64,000 nucleotides of DNA from Thermodesulfobacteriota bacterium (GTDB lineage Bacteria; Desulfobacterota; Desulfobacteria; Desulfobacterales; SURF-7): assembly GCA_049320885.1 (NCBI GenBank), contig JBMORA010000001.1:50612-114611 (forward strand), in the 5' to 3' direction. The translations under genes and the position numbers were made by a program. Numbering within the stretch: the first letter of the stretch is position 1; each line of letters begins with the position of its first letter. Of this stretch, positions 57,787 to 64,000 are shown in pieces. The notes beneath the pieces were generated by a model. That model saw only the letters and a list, made by a program, of their open reading frames with translations, did no database searches and was not told the DNA's origin.

Positions 57787-58295
57787 GATCGTCCGGGCTT
57801 GGTCGTCTGTTGCTCTTCGGAATCATTGACCGATTGACCCTGTCCGTTGAAACGAAAAACGATATCGGTGCAATAGCGGAAGGCGGCAAGGGCGAAAAAA
57901 ACCGGGAAAATGGCCGTCAACCAGCCGCGGGAACCGAAAATGGCGGCCTCGTTGCGCACGAATTCCATGGCCGCGATACAGAGCACGGTCATGACCGCGG
58001 CCCCGAAAATATCCACGGCGATGCGGGCCGCCATGCGGATTCTCCCGGAACAATATCGCAAGAAAAACTCCATCTTGATATGGCGGTCTCTTTTGAGTCC
58101 GATGGTGGCGCCGATGCATGTCATCCAGACCACCAGGGTGGGCGACAATTCCAGGATATGTTGATACGATACCTGGAAAATATTCCGCGACAGCACATTG
58201 AAGGCGATCAGGATCACCAGGCCGGAAAACAAAGCCAATGCGACAGCTTTTTCGCAGAACAGCAGGGCTTCGTCCAATTTTCTCAAAGCGTTCAT
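57783..58295 (-). CDS. dctQ: TRAP transporter small permease
   Basis: 4 TM helices; W...GA......HI motif. Confidence 0.88.
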   Translation of the reverse strand: MNALRKLDEALLFCEKAVALALFSGLVILIAFNVLSRNIFQVSYQHILELSPTLVVWMTCIGATIGLKRDRHIKMEFFLRYCSGRIRMAARIAVDIFGAAVMTVLCIAAMEFVRNEAAIFGSRGWLTAIFPVFFALAAFRYCTDIVFRFNGQGQSVNDSEEQQTTKPGRS

Positions 58296-58299
58296 TCGG

Positions 58300-59343
58300 T
58301 TATTCCGTTGCGCCGTGCGCCTCCTTCTGCCGGAAGGAAGTCACGAGCCCCTGGATTTTCTCCAGCAGCGGCCTTGAATACAACGACGGGATATTGCGTT
58401 CATAAGTCTCCGTTGCTTTCCGCCGAAAATGGGCCATCTGGGCAGGACTCGGTTTCACCAGCTGGATACCCGCCCCGGCGAGGACTCTTTGGGCTTCCAG
58501 ATTGGATTCCCGGGTGATCTTCACCAGCCGGTCACAGTGTTTTTTCACGGTCTCCCGGAGAACTCCCCGCTCCTTTTCCGTCAAACCGTCGAACAGTCGT
58601 TTGTTGACGAGGAATCCCCCCGTGGAATTGACGATGGGGTAATCCAGCATATATTGGATGCGCCAATACCATTGAAAGGAAACCGCCGCCACCGGTACGG
58701 AGTAAAAGGCGTCGATCATGCCGGTTTCCAACCCGGTGTTCACGTCGGCCACATGGAGCGGATAGGCCTTGATGCCGAAAACATCCAGAAACGTTTCCGC
58801 GATCCGGTCATTGGTCCACAGCCACATTTTGATCTTTTTCAAATCATCGGGCTCCGCCAGGCTGGTCCTGGAAAAAAAGTACACGAAACCGCCATCCACA
58901 TACCCCAGAAAAACATACCCTTCCCTGGCGAAATCGGCGGCGAAATCCTCCATCAGCTGCTCCTTCACGAAATCGACTTCCTGCAGGTTTTGAAAGAGCA
59001 ACGGTGATTCCAGAATGCGGATATGCGGCACGATCATGCCGAGACCCACCCCCGTGAAGCCGGCCGCGTGAATCCGGTTCACCCGCATTTTGCGGATGAC
59101 ATCCGCCTCGTCCCCGCTGACGCCGCCGGCATAAATCTTCATCGACACCTGGCCTGCGGTCTTCTGGTCCACCTCAGCGGCCATTTCCCGCAGAATCTGG
59201 GTCCAGGGACTTCCTTCCGGCATGACGGAGGCGACCTTCACGATGGTCCGGCAATGGCCGGTCGCACCCGCCGCCATCACCCCCAATACAACCGCGATAA
59301 AGAGGGTGAATGCCGCTTTGTTTTTCATGGGATTCATGCTCAC
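58300..59343 (-). CDS. dctP: TRAP substrate-binding protein (TatP/DctP type)
   Basis: KVASVMPEGSPW, YAGGVSGDE.DVIRKMR, LETGMIDA. Confidence 0.9.
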   Translation of the reverse strand: MSMNPMKNKAAFTLFIAVVLGVMAAGATGHCRTIVKVASVMPEGSPWTQILREMAAEVDQKTAGQVSMKIYAGGVSGDEADVIRKMRVNRIHAAGFTGVGLGMIVPHIRILESPLLFQNLQEVDFVKEQLMEDFAADFAREGYVFLGYVDGGFVYFFSRTSLAEPDDLKKIKMWLWTNDRIAETFLDVFGIKAYPLHVADVNTGLETGMIDAFYSVPVAAVSFQWYWRIQYMLDYPIVNSTGGFLVNKRLFDGLTEKERGVLRETVKKHCDRLVKITRESNLEAQRVLAGAGIQLVKPSPAQMAHFRRKATETYERNIPSLYSRPLLEKIQGLVTSFRQKEAHGATE

Positions 59344-59352
59344 GCTTTCCTT

Positions 59353-60285
59353 TCAGTTGAATAACCCGTCCGTAGCCTTCAGGTAAACCGCCGCGCGAAG
59401 CGCCGCGATCTGATTGAACAGGACATAGCGCTCCGAGTGTTTCTTCGACCGTTCCAGGATATGGTTCAGGACATGAACATATTCTTCCCGGTCTTGTTTC
59501 TGGTACAGATAATACCGGGCATAATGCAGATCCAGCAGCAGGAAATCCTCCCCGGCGATTTTCTGCTGCTCGCGATAATGGTGCAACGATCGTTCCGGAT
59601 TGCCCCCCAGCATCGGCGGCATGGAGGAATAGATGGTCATAAGAGCCAGGTGAGCGCAGCCGTAGTAATAGGAAGGATCGAGTTCCAGCACTCTCTCCAT
59701 GGCCTTGGTGGCCAGATGCAATTGCGAGACGGCTTTGACCGAATCCTGATTTAGATTGATGTAGGCGGACAGATTCATCCCATACCAAAACAGCGCGGGC
59801 ACATCTTCAATGGTGAGGCTTTTGATGAAATCCAGCGCCGTCCGGACATTCCCCAGGCTCGCCTCGCAATCGGGATGCTGGATGGCCAAGGCTTTCAACG
59901 CATAGTCCATGCCCTTCCGGTAGTGGAGACTGACCTGGTTCTTCAATTCCGCGGGATGCTCCTCCGCATCACGGTCGGCGGCATCCGCGATAAGGATGGA
60001 CTCCCACCGGACCTCTTCTATGGCATAGGTATAACTGAAATAGGCCTTGGCCAGAAAGACGAGCATGCGCTGATTGGCGGGATCATTCGCCAGCAGGGCT
60101 TCCAGGTTCACCAGATTCGCCGGCGCCGCCTGTTCCATCAATTTCAGATCATAATATTCATTCTCAAAACGGTTGAGGGCGAATTCCGCCATATCCACCA
60201 CGTCGTTGATCATGATCTTGCGATAGGAACAGGAAAATAACAGCCATACCAGCAGCAGCATGCCAGCCCAACGCTTCGGTTTCAT
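59353..60285 (-). CDS. tatT: TRAP transporter TatT component (TPAT lipoprotein)
   Basis: Lipobox LFS-C from ATG 60285; DVPALFW, ERVLELDPSYYYG.AH..L, PPMLGG; first gene of the TRAP operon. Confidence 0.85.
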   Translation of the reverse strand: MKPKRWAGMLLLVWLLFSCSYRKIMINDVVDMAEFALNRFENEYYDLKLMEQAAPANLVNLEALLANDPANQRMLVFLAKAYFSYTYAIEEVRWESILIADAADRDAEEHPAELKNQVSLHYRKGMDYALKALAIQHPDCEASLGNVRTALDFIKSLTIEDVPALFWYGMNLSAYINLNQDSVKAVSQLHLATKAMERVLELDPSYYYGCAHLALMTIYSSMPPMLGGNPERSLHHYREQQKIAGEDFLLLDLHYARYYLYQKQDREEYVHVLNHILERSKKHSERYVLFNQIAALRAAVYLKATDGLFN

Positions 60286-60487
60286 TGTCCCCCTCCGGGA
60301 AAAAATGGGAAAGCCATCGGAAGTAAGCCCCATTTTTCTATACAATAGTTTTGCGATTCGTACAACCGGCCCTGATATGATTTTCACATTCCGCTGTACT
60401 TTGGTTTTCAGGCTGTGTATGACATGTTTGGGGAACGGTTGACAACCAGCTGGAAGCGGCATCATCGCCCTGTTTGAAAGGAAAGTC

Positions 60488-61285
60488 ATGAAAATCTTGA
60501 TATGCGGCAAGGGGGGCAGCGGCAAAAGCACCATCGCCGCCTTATTGGCCCGCCATCTGAACCGGATGGGATATCGCGTGCTCCTGGTGGACGCGGACGA
60601 ATCCAATTTCGGCCTGCATCTGCTTGCCGGGGTTGGGCGTCCCGCTTCGATCATGGAGAACCTGGGGGGCAAGGCGGAATTCAAGGCCAGATTGAACCAG
60701 CCGCTTGCTCCGGGCGGCAATCCGTTCCAGGAGATGCTGACCATCGATGAGCTTCCGGAATCCTGCGTTGCCGGAACGGACAGCCTCCGGGTGACCGCCA
60801 TTGGAAAAATCCACGCGTTCGGAGAAGGCTGCGCCTGCGCCATGGGAATGCTGTCCAGGACGGTATTATCCAAGCTCAACCTCGGTGAAAACGATTTCGT
60901 TCTCATCGACACCGAAGCCGGTATCGAGCATTTCGGCCGGCGGGTGGATGCCGAGTGCGATCTGATATTAGGTGTCGTCGATCCGGTTTACGAATCCTTC
61001 CTGATGGCCGGGACCATCCGGGAAATGGCCCGAAATGCAGGCAAGGAGTGTCGTTTCGTCCTCAATAAAGTGACGGCAACGACACTGGATATCATGCTGC
61101 GGCATATGGCGGAGGCGGATGTCATCGCCCGGATTTCCCAGAGCGAACGGATTTTTCAGGACAGCCTTCATGGGAATGCCTTGACGGAAGATCTCCCGGA
61201 ACTGGAACCCCTGTGCCGCTGGGTCGCGGATAGAAAAAGCCGGCTGAATTTGCAACCCGCTTCACCGGTTGCCAATCCCTTTTAG
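60488..61285 (+). CDS. cooC: CooC/AcsF-like nickel-insertion ATPase
   Basis: GKGGSGKST, DADE, GCAC, DTEAGIEHFGR, NK. Confidence 0.85.
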   Translation: MKILICGKGGSGKSTIAALLARHLNRMGYRVLLVDADESNFGLHLLAGVGRPASIMENLGGKAEFKARLNQPLAPGGNPFQEMLTIDELPESCVAGTDSLRVTAIGKIHAFGEGCACAMGMLSRTVLSKLNLGENDFVLIDTEAGIEHFGRRVDAECDLILGVVDPVYESFLMAGTIREMARNAGKECRFVLNKVTATTLDIMLRHMAEADVIARISQSERIFQDSLHGNALTEDLPELEPLCRWVADRKSRLNLQPASPVANPF

Positions 61286-61324
61286 CCGGCGATATAGGCG
61301 CCGGTTCCGGCGGAATGACCTGGA

Positions 61325-62581
61325 TCAGTCACGGATGCTTCCTTTTCTCGCCGCCAGCATTTCCATGAAGGCATCCGCCCGGGTCTGAAACTGGGCCTCG
61401 GAAAAATTGCGGCCATCCATGTGATCGGCATCGATAAAAACGGAAGGAATGCCCAGTTCCTTTTCCAGGGCCCGTTGTATGTCCATCTGGCCCAGGGTGA
61501 TGGGCGCACAGGACTTGTTGCGATGCATGATCACCCCGTCGATATGATATTCCCGGCAGGCCTGGAGCACCATTTCCGTCCGGCGCCGGATGGAAACGCA
61601 GGAAACCATGGGATAGGATCGCAGACTTTTCAACGCCAGGGTCTCCCGGGGGTTTTCGGGATCCAGCCGCAGGGACCAGGCCGCCGAGTAAGTCTCCGCC
61701 ACCACCACGCCGCCCTCTTTTTCAAAATAATTGAACAATCCCAGATTATACCAGAGCGGAATGTTGTCCCAAAACAGCCGGATTTTTTCGTCCGGAATAA
61801 CCCCCATGCGCAAGGCGGCCCTTTCCGCCACCTCGTCACGCACCTGGGTCAGGAAGTCCACGGCCGTTCGAGTCCCCTGGCGGGTGACCATCACGAACAT
61901 GATGCCGATCTCGGCGGCGGAAAAGGGAGCTGGGATATACCGGCGGAAGGACATGATTTCATCCCACAGGGCGCAGGCCTGGTCGGACAAATGAACCACT
62001 TCGGCTAGCCGCGCCGGGTCCAGTCTGCGGCCGGTGGCATTTTCCAGAAAGGAAATCAGGCGGTCGCCCTCATGGACGGCATACGCGATATGATGGGATT
62101 CGATGTTCTCAACGGCCACCTGGGGCAGATCCCCGGCAAACACCGCCGCCCGCGGAAAGCGCCTCTCCAGGGCGTGAAAGATTTTCATCACCGGAATACA
62201 CCCGCCGCTGGGAGACAGCAGGATGTCCGGCTCCGGCAGATTCCCGAGGGGCGTGTTCTCCGACTGCATGGGACCATGGACATAGCCGATGATGTTGCGC
62301 AAATAGCCGCACAAATCCCGCGAATATCCGAGGTTTTCGGACACCTCGAAATTCCGTGGCGCCAGTCCGAATGCGGCGCAGACCGGCGACCAGTTTTCCG
62401 GAAAGACCGGCTGCAAATCCATGGCATAGCAGATTTCGATGGCTCCGTTCATGGGCGGCATCCAGACCACCGGTTTGCCGTTTTTTCGAGCCTGCATGCA
62501 TTCCAGGTAGTATTCGCCCACCACCTGGTTCAAGGCCTTGGCGGCCTTGAGTCGCTTTTTGGATTTTTGTGTTTTCTGCAT
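61325..62581 (-). CDS. 2-hydroxyacyl-CoA dehydratase / benzoyl-CoA reductase family subunit (alpha/B-like)
   Basis: PVFPENW, GYSRDLCGY, C..MK.F, DGVIMHRNKSC, IDADHMD.R. Confidence 0.85.
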   Translation of the reverse strand: MQKTQKSKKRLKAAKALNQVVGEYYLECMQARKNGKPVVWMPPMNGAIEICYAMDLQPVFPENWSPVCAAFGLAPRNFEVSENLGYSRDLCGYLRNIIGYVHGPMQSENTPLGNLPEPDILLSPSGGCIPVMKIFHALERRFPRAAVFAGDLPQVAVENIESHHIAYAVHEGDRLISFLENATGRRLDPARLAEVVHLSDQACALWDEIMSFRRYIPAPFSAAEIGIMFVMVTRQGTRTAVDFLTQVRDEVAERAALRMGVIPDEKIRLFWDNIPLWYNLGLFNYFEKEGGVVVAETYSAAWSLRLDPENPRETLALKSLRSYPMVSCVSIRRRTEMVLQACREYHIDGVIMHRNKSCAPITLGQMDIQRALEKELGIPSVFIDADHMDGRNFSEAQFQTRADAFMEMLAARKGSIRD

Positions 62582-63729
62582 CAGCCGATCATCTCCCGAA
62601 AACTTTCCAGTCGGGTCCGAAACTGACCGGAGGTGGTCCAGTTTTCATCCAGTTCCAGCAAGAGGGCCGGAATTCCGGTTTTTTTCAATTCCTCCGAAAG
62701 GATGGGAAAATCCGCCAAATGGGGGGTGCAGAATTTCTGCACCAGAAAGATGACGGCCTTCGCCCGGCCGGATTCCATCAGCGCGCGGATATAAGGAAGT
62801 CTTTGGATAGCACGGGTTCTGCTGGGGCAGGGATTCCGCCTCAGCATCCGGTCCACGATTCGATCCAGGGAATCATGGCCCTCCCCGGATACCGGCCGGA
62901 AAGGCCGGAAGCCGCTACAAAGGTCATCGGCGGCGACCCGGAAGCCGGCAGCCTCAATTGCTTCCATGATTTCCGGTTCTTCCACCAGGCTGCCGGATAC
63001 GATCACCGGTATACCTTGACGAGGCCCGGTGGTCGCCATGCCCGCCGCCAGGGATTCCAACTGTTCAAGATACAACCGGGGAGGCGTCACCCCCCCCGCC
63101 ATCACGACATAAGCCAATTCCAAGGCGGAAAGGGGCAGGCTGCCGTTCAGGCGACGCTCATGGAGGCTGTTGAGCCGCAGGCGGATATCGTCATACAGGC
63201 CAACGGCCGCGGATAAAGCGGCTTCGGTCACCTGCCCGGCGCCTGCCGACAATTTGTGCAGAAGATTCTCCAGCTCCCGGCGGAGATAGGTCCTCGCCAT
63301 GGAATTGTCATGATAGGGGAAGGCGATCTGGTGATACCGGCCCCCCGGAAAATTTTCCTTCCAGATATTCAGCAGGCCGCAGGCGACATCACAGGTGTAT
63401 GCCTGCACCACACCGTCAATATAGTCGTATTCGCCCCGGATGGCTTTTTCCAGACTGCGCTTCATGAAAGGGCAGATGAAGTCCGGGGCCAGGGAATAGG
63501 CGTTTTCCAGCGGCCCCCTGCCGCCGGTGATGCGCACGGGGATGTAACCAGCCGCGTGCAGGATTTCAATCGGGGTATAGGTGCAGAAATAGCCGATGCA
63601 TTTTTCGCCGGCCGCCGATCGGCCGCGCAATCGCTCGGCATGCTGCTGCCAATCGTCGACAAACGGTCCTGCGGCTTGCGTGCTGATCTGATCCTTCAAG
63701 CAGCCTACTCCATTTATTGTTTCCATCAT
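62581..63729 (-). CDS. 2-hydroxyacyl-CoA dehydratase / benzoyl-CoA reductase family subunit (beta/C-like)
   Basis: IGYFCTYTP.EILHAAG..P, CPF, TCD, DDLCSG.R, KFCTPH, TRLESF.EM; TGATG coupling to the next gene. Confidence 0.85.
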   Translation of the reverse strand: MMETINGVGCLKDQISTQAAGPFVDDWQQHAERLRGRSAAGEKCIGYFCTYTPIEILHAAGYIPVRITGGRGPLENAYSLAPDFICPFMKRSLEKAIRGEYDYIDGVVQAYTCDVACGLLNIWKENFPGGRYHQIAFPYHDNSMARTYLRRELENLLHKLSAGAGQVTEAALSAAVGLYDDIRLRLNSLHERRLNGSLPLSALELAYVVMAGGVTPPRLYLEQLESLAAGMATTGPRQGIPVIVSGSLVEEPEIMEAIEAAGFRVAADDLCSGFRPFRPVSGEGHDSLDRIVDRMLRRNPCPSRTRAIQRLPYIRALMESGRAKAVIFLVQKFCTPHLADFPILSEELKKTGIPALLLELDENWTTSGQFRTRLESFREMIG

Positions 63730-63939
63730 ATGATGGAGGGACCATACGATTTTCCCGGGTCCAAGTCAAGACGACATCAAGAATTTCATGGGTTATGAAT
63801 TTATTTATCCAAAAAAAAGAAAATTTCTTCATATTTTTTGGCGATTCCATGCCATAATTGAGCTGCAAATGACCCTCCATGCGCCTGTACATGTTGCCTC
63901 AAAATTTTATCAATTTGTTATCATTGTAAAAATAAAACA

Positions 63940-63955
63940 TGGCACATATCCTGCT
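63940..63955 (+). promoter_or_regulatory. sigma54 promoter facing out of the window
   Basis: TGGCACATATCCTGCT: GG-N10-GC spacing, preceded by an AT-rich tract. Confidence 0.6.
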
Positions 63956-64000
63956 AATCTTCGGTTCTGTTTCATACCGAAGAAGCGGCACAATCAGGGT

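Noticed and set aside
59353..60912. 519-aa version of the TatT ORF
   Set aside because: The first 209 codons are antisense to cooC or intergenic; the lipoprotein signal begins at ATG 60285
63841..63855. Minus-strand sigma54 promoter for the dehydratase genes
   Set aside because: GG-to-GC spacing is 9 nt rather than the required 10

Overview
GC-rich bacterial chromosome segment. Gene content and order (leuS-lptE, rne-yajC-secDF-cpoB-dprA-topA, metXW, rpoH-like sigma, IHF-beta-like protein, CooC, 2-hydroxyacyl-CoA dehydratase pair) suggest an anaerobic Desulfobacterota/deltaproteobacterium (inference). The right ~45 kb (18.9-64 kb) is mostly housekeeping genes, plus a 1246-aa secreted TPR protein, a TatT-type TRAP (TPAT) transporter and a small binding protein/porin pair. 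The left part, next to the 3' end of tRNA-Arg(UCU), looks accessory. Its main element is a mostly translationally coupled operon (2743-13039) behind a near-consensus sigma70 promoter: B12-radical SAM, acyl reductase-SCP2 fusion, alpha/beta hydrolase, EhpF/LuxE-like adenylating enzyme, tandem two-domain U32 Fe-S protein, class III aminotransferase and MMPL exporter. A second, convergent B12-radical SAM gene follows. I do not recognise this combination as a described pathway. It reads as an anaerobic route that activates, reduces, aminates, methylates and O2-independently hydroxylates a lipid-like acid, then exports it. Other notable signals: a candidate anti-Shine-Dalgarno sRNA after topA, a likely leaderless MarR with two operator copies, a LysM inserted into an LbcA-like TPR lipoprotein, and island scars at the tRNA. 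All calls come from reading motifs by eye; no database searches were run.
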